64,000 nucleotides of DNA, taken from contig OX597816.1 in the NCBI GenBank assembly GCA_951406725.2, positions 64,666,001-64,730,000 of the forward strand. The letters run 5' to 3'. Source of the stretch: Octopus vulgaris (lineage: Eukaryota). Positions within the stretch are counted from its first letter, which is position 1. Each line of letters begins with the position of its first letter. Shown one piece after another: positions 14,057-26,859 of the stretch. Both the position numbers and the translations under genes were made by a program. Below the pieces are notes generated by a model. The model was not told the DNA's origin. It ran no database searches and saw nothing but the letters and a program-made list of their open reading frames with translations.

Positions 14057-14366
14057 TGTTTGTGTGCGTGCGCATGTGTGTGCATAGGTCGCTATTTAAC
14101 GTGCATACAAAATACATATTTATCTACGGAAATTACAGGAAACAAAACATCACGCATGTTGCTCGACTATTTTTATCCTTTGGTTAATAACGTAAAGTAA
14201 TTTGATTTAGATATAACTTTCTTTCAGGGGACTTCCTATAGTTATGCACTGAAAATTGAACTGCACACGTTCTATATATATATGTTTGTGGGTGTGTATG
14301 TGTATGTGTTTGTGTGTGCATGCTTACGTATGTATGTATATATATATATGTATCTATGCATATATG

Positions 14367-14418
<52 letters not shown>

Positions 14419-14917
14419 CACAGCTATTTATATCTCTCTATATATATAGAGAGATAGATATAGATATATATAGCTGTGTATAAATATATATATACATATA
14501 TATACATTTGTATATATGCATATATATATATATATATACACACATAGAAAAATATACATATATATTCATATATATATATTCATATATATATATTTGTGCA
14601 TATATACATCTGAATATTGTGTGTGTGTATACATATCTGTCTATGTATGTTACATACTCATGCAAGCTTAATTTCGTGGTGAGTTCCATACTCCCACAAA
14701 TGTAAGGTTGTGACTTCGATACCCTAAAATGGCAGAAGTTACAATCTACTCTTCGCGCACAAACAGAATGCCAGCCTTGTGGTGTCAACTTTTTTTTTTT
14801 TTTTTTTTTTCTTTCATTCAGTTCCATATCCGAGACAATCCGTAGTGTGAAATGCTTCAAGGAACCATTCAGGCACGTGGTACTCGTGATGGGAATAATT
14901 TGTGTGCGCGTGCGTGC

Positions 14918-14950
<33 letters not shown>

Positions 14951-15171
14951 TGTGTGTGTGTGTGAGTGTGTGTGTGTGTAAGTGTGTGTGTACGCGTGTA
15001 TACAGTTGTGCTTTAGATTTCAGACACATCCCTCTTTATGGATGACTACCTTTAACTAAACAGAGCATTTCATTTCGGAGTTATAGTCTGACGTAGCATT
15101 ACACAATTATACGAGGTTTAGTAGTGTATTGAGCTATTTTTTTTACGTGTACTAAACATATTCACATACCT

Positions 15172-15568
15172 TCTTTATATATAAAAGTGATCTTGTGTGC
15201 TGTCTGTCTCCTACGATTTAGATTCCTAACTACTCCCACATTTTGCGGTGCAGTTTAACCGAAACCGGGTATCTTATAGTCGTGATTCGTATCGAGCCCT
15301 TCTGGGTATTAGCGCGCGTCTACGATGAGTCTACGATTTAAAAAAAATTTACCATCAATTTTCCCCATTTTAATTAATTTTTGGCATATATAAGGGAAGT
15401 AACTCACTAAAAATTTATTATTAAATCTCAGAACGTATAAAGCTACAGTAACACCCTCCCCCCTTTGTGGTTAGCCATATTTAGATGGCTATTATACTTT
15501 ACATCACTAAAAATGCTTATATAGTTATTTCCCTTACAAACCTGAGCAACGCCGGGCGATACTGCTAG
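15172..15568 (+). mobile_element. non-autonomous Helitron
   Basis: 5' TCTTTATATATAAAAG; 3' subterminal hairpin CCTGAGCAACGCCGGG followed by CTAG then T. Confidence 0.75.
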
Positions 15569-15577
15569 TCACATATA

Positions 15578-15793
15578 TACGAGGGATCGATGGAAAGTTC
15601 CTAGCATTAAGAGTATCGTGAAACGCCTGGTTGGAGTCCTTAGCTTCCGGGTTTTTTTACAAGACTTAGAAAAACTGAAGGACCACTGCATTAAGTGCGT
15701 CAATTCGAGAAAGGAATATGTCGAATAAAATCATAACTGATCCTTTTGGGTTTTCTTTTACCCCAAACCAGAAACTTTTCACCGCTCCTCGTA
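15578..15793 (+). mobile_element. internally deleted mariner (MITE-like)
   Basis: TIR-like ends TA-CGAGGG..GGAAAGTTCCT / AGAAACTTTTC..CCTCG-TA; internal LEKLKDHCIKCVNSRKEYVE* is a mariner C-terminus. Confidence 0.75.
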
Positions 15794-15906
15794 TTTATAA
15801 ACACATTCTATCTTTTATATATATCATGCACATCAGCACTCACACACGCACACACACATACATATATACCATGCATATGAGTACTCATATATGTACATAT
15901 ATAGAT

Positions 15907-15938
<32 letters not shown>

Positions 15939-16712
15939 ATTTGGCACATATTCATATTCATATAGAAATTTACATATACATATACATACATATATATATA
16001 TACCCATATTATTATAAGCCAATATATGTATGCATCATTCTTGCATACATAATAAATATGTAGCTATATAAATTGCAGGAAATAAAATATCACGCGTTGT
16101 TGGAATCTTATTATTCTACGTTAATACTTTAGATAGTAAATCATTTGATTTTGATATAACATTCTCCGGGGGACTTCCTACAGTTATGCACTCAAAGTCA
16201 TACTGCAGATTTTCGTATGCAGTAAAGCTCCAACATTGCCAATTCCCTAGCGTTTGCATTTTTCGTTCCAAGTGCAAAAGAATTTTAAAGTAGAGAGATC
16301 CATTGTATATTATCGGCTTACGAGATAAATATTTTCTGCTTCATTCCTTCAAATTCAAATACTTTTCTTTGATTCTTGTAATGGCATTAACCTGTCGATG
16401 TTCAAAATTACTTGGTTTATCATTGCTCCGAGTTCGAATAATCTATGGTGTCGACTTTTCTCATGAGTTCTATTTCAATAAAAAGAGAATAATGCAATGA
16501 AATTTACTCTTGAGTTTCGGCGAAGGCAAACCTTGTTATTAAGCGTGTATTTCTTATCAAAGTTGAGGACTTGTGCGTAAGTTAATGGATATTTGATAGT
16601 AGCTATTAAGTAGTTGTTGCAGCTTTTGTATAGCCCCAACTCGATGTGATCGTATATTCTTCTGGCTATGTCACACAGATAGTAGGGCAATGACCTGACA
16701 CAAACATAAATC

Positions 16713-17125
16713 GGCGAGCTGGCAGAAACGTTAGCACGCCAGGCGAAATGCTTAGCAGTATTTCGTCTGCCGTTACGTTCTGAGTTCAAATTCCGCCGAG
16801 ATCGATTTTGCCTTTCATCCTTTCGAGGTCGATAAATTAAGTACCAGTTACGCACTGGGGTCGATGTAATCGGCTTAATCCGTTTGTCTGTCCTTGTTTG
16901 TCCCCTTCTGTGTTTAGCCCCTTATGGGTAGTAAAGAAATAGGTATTTCGTCTGTCGCTACGTTCTGAGTTCTAGTTCTGCCGAGGTCAACTTTGCCTTT
17001 CATCCTTTCGGGGTCGATAAATTAAGTACCAGTTACGCACTGGGGTCGATGTAATCGACTTAATCCCTCTGTCTGTCCTTGTCTGTCCCCTCTATGTTTA
17101 GCCCATTGTGGGCAATAAAGAAATA
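16713..17125 (+). mobile_element. tRNA-derived SINE family B (Meta/MESC-like centre), head-to-tail dimer
   Basis: GGCGAGCTGGCAGAA head, B box GAGTTCAAATTCC, central GCCTTTCATCCTTTCGGGGTCGATAAATTAAGTACCAG; TSD ACAAACATAAAT. Confidence 0.85.
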
Positions 17126-17237
17126 ACAAACATAAATGTGTTCTGCCAGCTATATCATGCTTCAGCCTAGCTTAAGAGCATACTTGACACCAGACTTGAA
17201 GTTATGGAACTTATGACAGGGTGAGAAACATGACATA

Positions 17238-17385
17238 GCATTGCGATGTTCGTCTACCCTTATTTTGAGAGGGCTGCATGTTTCGCCTTTGTATAACCTA
17301 CCACAGCTGCATGGGATGGAGTGTACACAGTGTTTGGTGATATTCTCTTCTATTGGTGGTTGTACTCGAGGGAGATGCTATTTAC
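17238..17385 (-). mobile_element. PLE GIY-YIG endonuclease fragment (same family as 57688-58372)
   Basis: Minus strand PRVQPPIEENITKHCVHSIPCSCGRLYKGETCSPLKIRVDEHRNA. Confidence 0.75.
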
Positions 17386-18048
17386 TTGTAAATTGAACAC
17401 TCGAAGAAATTGTACAATGTATTAAGTTTAAAAATCGTCTGGAATGGAGTATTCAAATTCGGGTTACATACATATATGGGACGACAAATGCCGCGGAGAT
17501 TCAGTTGCTGAGTAATCAAAATACTCAAGCTAAACATGGGCTCAATAACTTACGAAACAAGAAGTGAAATTGCTTTCGCAGAAAGCCAAATTATAATTCA
17601 TTGCCTTCCTCATTTCTTGTTCAGTCAGATTTTAGCCGACTTATTTATTACAATGGAAAACTTGCAATTGATTGCAAATTGTAAATAGAAGCGATCGTTT
17701 GTAATTAAGAACTATCGAACCTGCAATCGAAAAACCAGCAAGACTGCATCAGCCAAGGGATCTCACTAATAACTAAAGTAAAAAGATATTACCATTGCTC
17801 TTTATTTTACTAAAGGAATTTATTTTTGTACTCAAAAATAACTTTTTTTTTCAGAAGATATTAATTTTCTGGGTGTCAAGAGAATTTTTTTATCCGTGTT
17901 ATATAAGAGAAGTAATGTATAATTATAATGGGAGTTTTATCGAAACAACAAAATATTTTTGTTTTGTGGTAGAGAATAATAGTGAATAAATGTGCAATTA
18001 ATAGACATTGACATTTTTATGGAGATTATCACGTTACTGATAGAAAAC

Positions 18049-18283
18049 AGGTCACCTTTGAAAAAATTTTAAGTGTTTATTTATTATCATAAATTTTTGC
18101 TCAAAAATTCTTTTCATTTCAAATTATCAATTTTTAAATATTCATAGAAATAGAAAAAATAATAAATTTCATGATACAGAAACTAATTTAAAGCAATTAA
18201 TATTTAAAATTACGTTATTATTTGATAAATTTTACAAATTATTGTTTTCATAAAAGTTTTTTAATATTTTTCAAAAGTGACCT
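18049..18283. mobile_element. MITE-like element
   Basis: 17-bp inverted ends AGGTCAC(C/T)TTTGAAAAA around an AT-rich core. Confidence 0.45.
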
Positions 18284-19976
18284 ACTGCTACCTTTATCCA
18301 TTAATTATCTAAAAACTGAAATAATTTTTTCAGTAACAATGAGTAGGGGCCGCAAGAAAAAGTAAAGATTCGAACGTTGTCACGAGTTAAAAGTGGTTTC
18401 GAGCCACTGATCTGGTGTATCTCTTCATCCTCGCTTTCTGTGTTTTTCTTTCGGTGGTAGAATATGTTCTAATGGTGTCAAGAGGCGGCCACGTGGATAT
18501 GATCAGTGCATGGGAATTATTATCCATCTGAGCCAATGATTGTTGATGAATTTCGGTAAAGTAGCTAGGTTATCTATATTAAAGTTTTCTCTAGAAAGCA
18601 ACACGCACACACACAAACACAAACACAGGCATACACACACATTATACATATATATATATATACATACGGAATCTTGCAAGTTTACTCTGTTATATATATA
18701 TAATTTTTCGAGGTTGATAGGCAAGTCCTACTTTCTCATGCATTTTAGTTGCATTCTAGAGATTTAGATGTGATTTTCCTTGTGTATCTCGCATAGCCAT
18801 GTATTATGATATGCTTGTATTGGATGTAGGATTTTATGTATTGTACAAGGTATCCATTATTTTGATATGGACTGTCTAAACTTACAGTAACATCATTTAA
18901 TATGTCGTTGTACCAAGTGTGATATTGAAATAGTTTCGTTTCATAAATTTGTTAATGTCATATTCTGACATTTTAAAATTTGATGTCATGCTTGCATGCC
19001 TTGATTTTTGTAAGAAATCTTCCGACATTATATGTATATATTGAGCGGAGCTGACATACGAGGAAGGGAGATAATAACATTATTTCATTGTTGATATTCT
19101 ACTGTTATTGTTTCTGCAGGGTTGTTAATTTTGTGAAGATTTTGTATACATTGCCAGGCGGAATTTGTGTGAATTTCGGAATCTGTGTAGTGTATTGATA
19201 TATCATTCGTTGTATTCTAAGCTCTTCAGCATCTAAAGGTGTAATTATCCTTAACGAAATTACATCCTTCAATTAGCATTCACATTATGGACAATCAAAC
19301 TTCTTTTCTAGTTTTTTATATATATATATATCAGTAGCGTTATTTGAAACGGTATATTGATCCCTATTTAAGATGATATGAGCAAATTGGTAGGATATTT
19401 GGCCCAACTGTAGCAAGCGGAGCAATGATGTGATGCCTCTACCTAGTTGACTGGAATTTTAAAATATATACATATTGTTCTCAGCCTTAGTTCTCATATA
19501 CTGTTTCCAGTTGTTGAATCCATTATCCTCGCTTATAAGTTTCCTTTCAAAAGTTAGTATTACCATTTGAGATAATATATCTTCTGATATGGACAAAAAA
19601 GAAAAACAGAGAAAAATAAGACATATTAGCTTATAAAACTTACATTTGTTCACCTTCAAAAGTCACGCCTCGGATCCTAGAGATTGTTGTCACTGTTCAT
19701 CATAAAATAGACAGCAGTATAGCACTTGAACAATGTCTTTTACTATATTTTGAACTAAATAACAATGACATGTACAAGGCTCATTCCAGAAGTTTTAAGA
19801 CTATTTCAGGAGAGATATTTATTACTTTCAATGTAGTACAAAACTCTAATCTTCTTCAAAGTGGGTCCCCCAATGTACTTTCTGTTACTATTCAGCCACT
19901 ACGTGAAGGCTCCATGAAAGCCCTCCTAAGTGAACGTGTCCGGGACCCTTGTCACAGGCTATATACTATTGTCAAG

Positions 19977-20013
<37 letters not shown>

Positions 20014-20014
<1 letters not shown>

Positions 20015-21245
20015 CCCAGAGCCCAAGGAGGTCGAGGCCTGATCCAATTTGAACTAGCTTACAAAACAACCACAATTGGACTGGCCAAATATCTCGAAAT
20101 ATCGAATGACTGGATGCTAAAGCTCGTGGAAAATCACGAGAGACGAAAGAAGCTTCATTCTATCATCAAGGAAAGCAAATAAATTTGCTATTGATCTCGT
20201 GCAGGATACCCAAACTGAACAACCCGAGGGAAGTACGGCAACTATTGTTGCAAAGAAGGTGAAAATGATGGCAATGAAAAAAGCGCACGAGCAATTGGCT
20301 GATAGGTGGGAGGAGAAACCTCTGCACGGCAAATATGTGACCCGCAGCAAACAAGCTGATGTTGACCAGAAGCAAACCCATCAGTGGCTACGGAGCTCAG
20401 GGCTAAAAGCAGAGAGCGAAGGTTTCATCCTGGCTGCTCAAGATCAAAGCCTATTAACCCGGAACTACCAGGCCAATGTGACGAAAAATGGGGCAGACCC
20501 AAAATGCCGATTCTGCAACGACATGATTGAAACAGTGGACCACCTAATCTCTGGATGTAAAGTCTTAGCACCAGTGGAGTATAAATTAAGACATGACAGA
20601 GTTGGCCAAAATCTCCACTGGCTAATAAGTCGGCATTACAATATCAAAACTGTCGACAAGTGGTATAATCACCACCCTGAGGCTGTAACTGAAGGAGAAA
20701 ATGTAACCATTCTGTGGGACTTTCCAGTACATACAGACCGAACCATCAAGGCCAATAAACCAGATATTGTTGTGAAAGACCAAAACAATAAAGTTTGCTT
20801 ATTGATCGACATGAGCATCCCCTGTGATCATAATATCTCAGCGAAAGAGTTTGACAAGCTCAGAAAATATAAAGACCTACTCATTGAAATTGAGAAAATG
20901 TGGCATCTCAAGGCGGTTACAATACCAGTGATCGTAGGAGCACTAGGAATGATCAAGAAGGGAACCGAAAATTATATGAGAATGATCCCTGGCTTACCAT
21001 CCCTGCAAGAAGTGCAAAAGATTGTCTTAACTGGTACATCACACGTATTGAGAAGAGCATTGTCGATGTGAGAACTGTTGCTGCTCATTTATTTTAATTT
21101 AACTTAAAAAAAAAGAAAAAAAAAATGAACGATGTACTGAGTTTGGTTTAATGGCCTACCATTGTATACTATGAGTTTCTTTGCCCTAGGAGTCGGGAAG
21201 ACACTCGGCAAGAAATGGAAGCAAATTTGAAAGAAGAAAAAAAAA

Positions 21246-21246
<1 letters not shown>
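20014..21246 (+). mobile_element. 5'-truncated R4/Dong-clade non-LTR retrotransposon in a (TAA)n tract
   Basis: PRAQGGRGL thumb motif, CCHC knuckle CRFC..ETVDHLISGC, RHD motif, PD-(D/E)xK endonuclease KPDIVV..LIDMS..K..KY; (TAA)n on both sides. Confidence 0.9.
20199..21071 (+). CDS. R4/Dong ORF C-terminal part (Zn knuckle + restriction-like endonuclease)
   Basis: 290-aa open frame with the motifs above; frameshift near 20180 links it to the upstream RT-thumb frame. Confidence 0.85.
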   Translation: MQDTQTEQPEGSTATIVAKKVKMMAMKKAHEQLADRWEEKPLHGKYVTRSKQADVDQKQTHQWLRSSGLKAESEGFILAAQDQSLLTRNYQANVTKNGADPKCRFCNDMIETVDHLISGCKVLAPVEYKLRHDRVGQNLHWLISRHYNIKTVDKWYNHHPEAVTEGENVTILWDFPVHTDRTIKANKPDIVVKDQNNKVCLLIDMSIPCDHNISAKEFDKLRKYKDLLIEIEKMWHLKAVTIPVIVGALGMIKKGTENYMRMIPGLPSLQEVQKIVLTGTSHVLRRALSM

Positions 21247-21303
<57 letters not shown>

Positions 21304-21304
<1 letters not shown>

Positions 21305-21480
21305 TACAACAACAACAACAACAACAAAAACATCGAAAAATATCTTAGGAATGAGAATCCATGTTCGAAATTTCCCCAAGGCACCTGATGAAGGCTGGAG
21401 AGTATATCAGCCGAAACTTTATGCTAACAACAAACAAGATGAGGACAAATATCCGTCAAATGTAAATAATGTAAATAATC
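21304..21480 (+). mobile_element. pseudo-LTR fragment of the PLE family at 57688-58372
   Basis: Matches 58232-58340 and the reverse complement of 57690-57800. Confidence 0.8.
21380..21426 (+). ncRNA. hammerhead motif with decayed 3' side
   Basis: CTGATGA-a-ggctg..cagcc-GAAA intact; helix III and stem I mutated relative to 58240-58285. Confidence 0.55.
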
Positions 21481-23531
21481 CCCACTGTATTCTGCAAACT
21501 AGTCAGTTGTGACAAGCTGTGTTTAGTAGGGTGAGTTCAAAATTCTGTGTTTAGTACAGGGAGTTCAGATGTCTCCTTCAATCTGGAACAACAAAAGTTG
21601 GCAAGTCAGTTTATTAGAGGAATATTAATTATATACTTAAATTACAATATTCTACGACAGATATAGATGTCTCTCCTAAAAATGTCTTAAACTTTCTAGA
21701 TGGCACCTCGTAAACTTGTTTAATTAACTGGCTAAAGGTATTTATTTTATTCTCAGAAGCTATTGAAAATTGCAATTATTTGTATTTGTGATTATTCCTG
21801 AAGAATTCCCTCCGTCAATGACTGCTCAGTGCTACTGCATTTTAAAGGAATTAGAAAAAATCTGTTGCACGTTTGTCAACTTTTACAGCGCCTTCCAGGT
21901 TGATGGACATGCGGATCGTTAATTTGTCCTAGGGTATCTGCTTCGGGTATTTGTATTATTAGTTTTCTTGATTTCCTTGAAGGGTAGAATTAACCTGGCA
22001 CCCAGTTTAGCGATAACATCTGGCCCTCACCAAGTGTCTTTCATGGACTCCCCTCTGTTGCACGCATTCCGGCCTTGTTTCCAATTTGAGGCTACCTTCC
22101 TCCTTCGATCTCACATGTCTCAAAGGACCTGAAATATCTATGGGCTCTGCCCCACCATTTTGTTAAGCGATAAATTTACAATATAGATTATATATAGCAT
22201 GTTCGAATTTTTGTGGGAGTTCAATGCGACAAACCTTACGAATATTTGAAATGCCTTTTAATGTTGAAATGTTTAAAAGAGATCTAAAAAGATGAAGAAA
22301 TGGTGCATTACTACTCATAAATATATAATTTCAAAAATAAAAATATAATATATTTATGTTTTAGCAATTCTATCTGAAAATATTTGCAATAGATTTAACT
22401 TATTGAAGATATTTAATGAAAGAAATTGGCAAATCAAGTGTAGGAGATAAGAGGTTTCTCAAGAAAAATATCAAATTTGAAGGTAAATATGAAAAACAAT
22501 ATTGCTATTAAAAATGTTTTCCAAAAATTATTTATTTCCGGTAAATAGATAAATCGACATTTTTTTTCATCTAACACCCGTTTTAAGGTGTAAGATGTTT
22601 GATCAAAATTATTGATGATTATATGAAGATGGTGAAATGTTTGCCTCTCACTGCAAATATTTTCAAGATGCTACTCTTAAGACTAAATGCAATGGAAAAC
22701 GGCACACAAATATATGTGATACACACTTTCTAGATTTCCCGAGACATTAAACATGTGAATGTGCATATGCTGCATTTCACGCAAAATATCAAAATGTAAG
22801 CAATTACTTGTGCACCCCGCTCTTATGATCAGCAATATTTGTTAATATGTTCATCAATCACCCTCCTTTCAAATACGTCAAACGTGATGGAGCCAATCAT
22901 ACAGAACAATTTCTTCGATCGACAAGAGATTTTGTCTTTTCTCAACAGTTAAGCAAAATAGATCAGAGATGTGCCGTGTCCTCATAGTAGTGATTTCGTA
23001 ATCTTGAAAACAATATCAAGGATGATATTTTCACAATAGACTCACATTGTTTTCCACAAGCTTGTCATCTTTGTTGCACCCCTTAGTTCGAAATAGTGGA
23101 TATGCCAACCATGACAAGCTATTCTTTCACAGTAGACCCCCATTTCATTGTACGCTAATGAGCTCAAAACTGTTCAACCGAACTTTTTTCATGCATGCAT
23201 AATTCAACACAGGCATTCAGTGTTACTGCCTTTTTAAAATAACATTTCTTTCATTCTTCCAATGACTGGGGCACGTTAAACATATGTTATCCGAAATTCG
23301 CCCAACTTCACAATCAAAAGATCATGATATGCATGATCACAACTGGGATATATATAACAGCTTAATTATCTGATAGGATATGACAGCTACAGACAACACA
23401 CACTCAGCAACAAATTTTAAGCACATATCCATGGATAATCTTTAGCTGCTGTTTATAATCCTTCCTCATTATAGAAATTTTTCATCGATTAAATGAATTC
23501 TGTGCCCACGTGAGTCGGATATACATACATA

Positions 23532-23564
<33 letters not shown>

Positions 23565-23616
23565 GAAAAAATAAGTCAAAATAGAAAATGCTAAAATAAT
23601 TTTATAAAGAACATTT

Positions 23617-23654
23617 CAGTACCGGTTTCGGTCATTTTGAGACCTTTTTAACTG
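23617..23654 (-). ncRNA. variant hammerhead-like motif (core UUAAAAA)
   Basis: Inverted copy of 24821-24858 with one more core change. Confidence 0.4.
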
Positions 23655-24820
23655 TAACGATTAAATAATTAAATTTAGAAAAATTAGAAGAAAAGTTTTT
23701 TTAAAGGAATATTTGTATAGTTTTCAAATATAAGTGGCATTCTGCCTTTCTCTGACTCCCTTGTTTGCACTTGTGTGTTCGAGGTCGTTGTGAATTCTTG
23801 GTAGGGTAGAAGAAGAAGAAGGCTGATGAGGAGAGGGGGTGGAAAAATTTGGTGGGAAAATAGTTTGCGTAAAAGAATGGCCCTGCACAGATCCCAGATA
23901 AAAATTCCCCAAAACAGAAAAATAGCTTTCAGCCAACACATAGATACTTGCGCCAACAACAAAACACCAGGCTTCAGGATTTTCCCCCTCTACCAATTTA
24001 GGGACGATACAACCTCGAGACAACGAATAAGTAAAGAAACTCTCTTTATTACAAAATACAGGCCACTTCTTAACGGGTCTACGACAAACGATTAATATAC
24101 CTCAACTTTAGAATAAAAGAAATACACACACAAATATTACATTCCAAAGAATCCATTACTAATCAGCCCCAATCACAGCTATAATCCATAACATGCCAAC
24201 TTCAAGTCATACAACACCTCACTAGTTTCACCCATTCATATTCTCCCTTCTCTGTTTTCTTCTTCTTCCTCTTCTTCTTCATCATCATCATTATCATCAT
24301 CATCGTCGTCATCATCATCACCACCATCATCATCACCACCATCATCATCATCATCTTCTCCTTCTTCTTCTTCTTCATCATCATCAACATCGTCATCTTC
24401 TTCTTCTTCTTCTTCTTCTTCTTCTTCTTCTTCTTCTTCTTCTTCTTCTTCTTCTTCTTCTTCTTCTTGCTCCACCTTCTACCTCTTAACTTTATCACTA
24501 ATGCTTTTTAGTAAAACACCTACGCAAATTCCATAAACAAACCTCTCAATAGAAATATTCTCCTGAATTGAACTGCAACTGCTAGCCGTCACTGACCATT
24601 CAAAATATAACAATCAAGGCACTCCCAAATTTTTCCACCCCTCTCCTCATCAGCTTTCTTCTTCTTCTACCCTACCAAGAATTCACAACGACCTCGAACA
24701 CACAAGTGCAAACAAGGGAGTCAGAGAAAGGCAGAATGCCACTTATATTTGAAAACTATACAAATATTCCTTTAAAAAACTTTTCTTCTAATTTTTCTAA
24801 ATTTAATTATTTAATCGTTA

Positions 24821-24858
24821 CAGTTGAAAAGGTCTCAAAATGACCGAAACCGGTACTG
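24821..24858 (+). ncRNA. variant hammerhead-like motif (core UUGAAAA)
   Basis: cag-TTGAAAA-ggtc tcaaaat gacc-GAAA-ccgg-TA-ctg; three helices correctly placed, palindromic helix III ACCGGT. Confidence 0.55.
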
Positions 24859-24944
24859 AAATGTTCTTTATAAAATTATTTTAGCATTTTCTATTTTGAC
24901 CTATTTTTTCATATATATCAACTCGTGTGTTCCTTTTCACCCTT

Positions 24945-25008
<64 letters not shown>

Positions 25009-25009
25009 T

Positions 25010-25707
25010 TATATATATATTCTTTCCCTTATTCTTCCCTTCATTTTTGAGGTTTACTGCTCACTTTAGTAACGCCCGAAACATTTTCTGTACCCATCCC
25101 TCTAAATTAGTGCCTGCAAACATATCACCCCCACCCTCACTCCTCACACATAATCATTCGTTACACTTATCATATTCATTCCTTACCTCTTCCACTTTAT
25201 TTCTTCTTTCCTCACCTATTCCTTTTGACCAACCCCCTCATTTTAACATATGCATCTTTTCACTCCTCTCTATCTACTTAATACTATCACTATGTTCACA
25301 AAATTTCATTCACATCACGAGACCCCTTTCAATGAGCAGCATATTGTATCAACGTCTCCACACTTTCTATTTGTAATTACAAAATATGGACTCCTATCAG
25401 TATTTACATACCATGAACAAGTAAGCATTTCTACCACTTCTACAAACAAATTTCCTTGGATAATAGAACTACAACTAAAACATCGTACATATATTTTTAC
25501 TTTTATTCCCTTATTTCCCTTCTTATTTTACATCATTTTCCAAAATAACCCCTTATATTGAACTATACTATTTCCTCTATTTAACCATCTCACATCGTCT
25601 CTAATGAAGGGATATCCCTAATATCCCAGAAACAGCTGTAAGACTACCTTTCTCTTTATAAATGTTCTGAAAATTCAACACAGCCTTGGCTTTATTGTAT
25701 CATTTTA

Positions 25708-25712
<5 letters not shown>
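25010..25712 (+). mobile_element. probable PLE 3' UTR/pseudo-LTR remnant between (TA)n tracts
   Basis: G-poor top strand as in the other PLE UTRs here; hammerhead about 70 bp before the (TA)n. Confidence 0.55.
25597..25644 (+). ncRNA. hammerhead motif with CUAAUGA core
   Basis: gtct-CTAATGA-a-gggatat..atatccc-a-GAAA-cagctg-TA-agac; palindromic helix III ACAGCTGT. Confidence 0.6.
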
Positions 25713-25750
<38 letters not shown>

Positions 25751-25805
25751 TATATATAGCATGTATGTATGTGTCGGAGGTGCGTATACGTATATGCATG
25801 CACAT

Positions 25806-25854
<49 letters not shown>

Positions 25855-26004
25855 TATATGTATGTATATATCTGCACATGGAGACATATCTTTATACATA
25901 TATATATACACACACGTATGTATATGTATATATGTGTGTGTTTGTATACACATATGCATAAATATACACGCACACGCATATATATATATATATATATATA
26001 AATA

Positions 26005-26094
<90 letters not shown>

Positions 26095-26478
26095 TGCCTA
26101 TAGGTTTTTGTGTGGTAGAATGCATGTGTATATGTGTGAGTGTGTGAGTGTAGGTGCATAGGGGCGTGTGTATGAATCTGTATGGCCTTAATGAACCGTT
26201 ATATTAACTCATCATCAATTGATAAATATATCTTGATGCAGGAAAATGTGTCCTACTTCATCTTTGTGTAGGCATTCAGCGCAAACTTTCTTGAGGTCTT
26301 TTGTATTACAGACGTCTGGACATTCGAAAATTATAGTCGGTTCACTGTAATTAGTTCAATAATTGTGAGGAATTTTATAGTGAGAGTTCCATAAATAAAC
26401 GCGAAGCAAGGATAAAATACACGCATACCTATGTGTTTGTGTGTGAGTACTCTCTCAAATGAATGTAATCGTGCTTTC

Positions 26479-26554
<76 letters not shown>

Positions 26555-26713
26555 ATACATCTTTATATATATATATATAAATATTCATACATATATACAT
26601 ATTCATTCATATATATATATATATATATACATACATATAAATACTCACACACACAAAATCACACTCACATATATAATATATATGTATGTATGTATATATG
26701 TATATATATATAT

Positions 26714-26796
<83 letters not shown>

Positions 26797-26813
26797 TATA
26801 TATATGTATGTAT

Positions 26814-26859
<46 letters not shown>

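Larger units (their letters stand above)
23563..24912 (+). mobile_element. 5'-truncated PLE with inverted upstream pseudo-LTR
   Basis: 23563-23852 is the reverse complement of 24625-24912; between them a GIY-YIG C-terminal half (ENSLRKRMALHRSQI..FSQHI..RISKETLFITKYRPLLNG*) and a 3' UTR with (TTC/ATC)n. Confidence 0.85.

Noticed and set aside
24202-24498. Poly-E/D and poly-K/M ORFs
   Set aside because: (TTC)n/(ATC)n repeat inside a PLE 3' UTR
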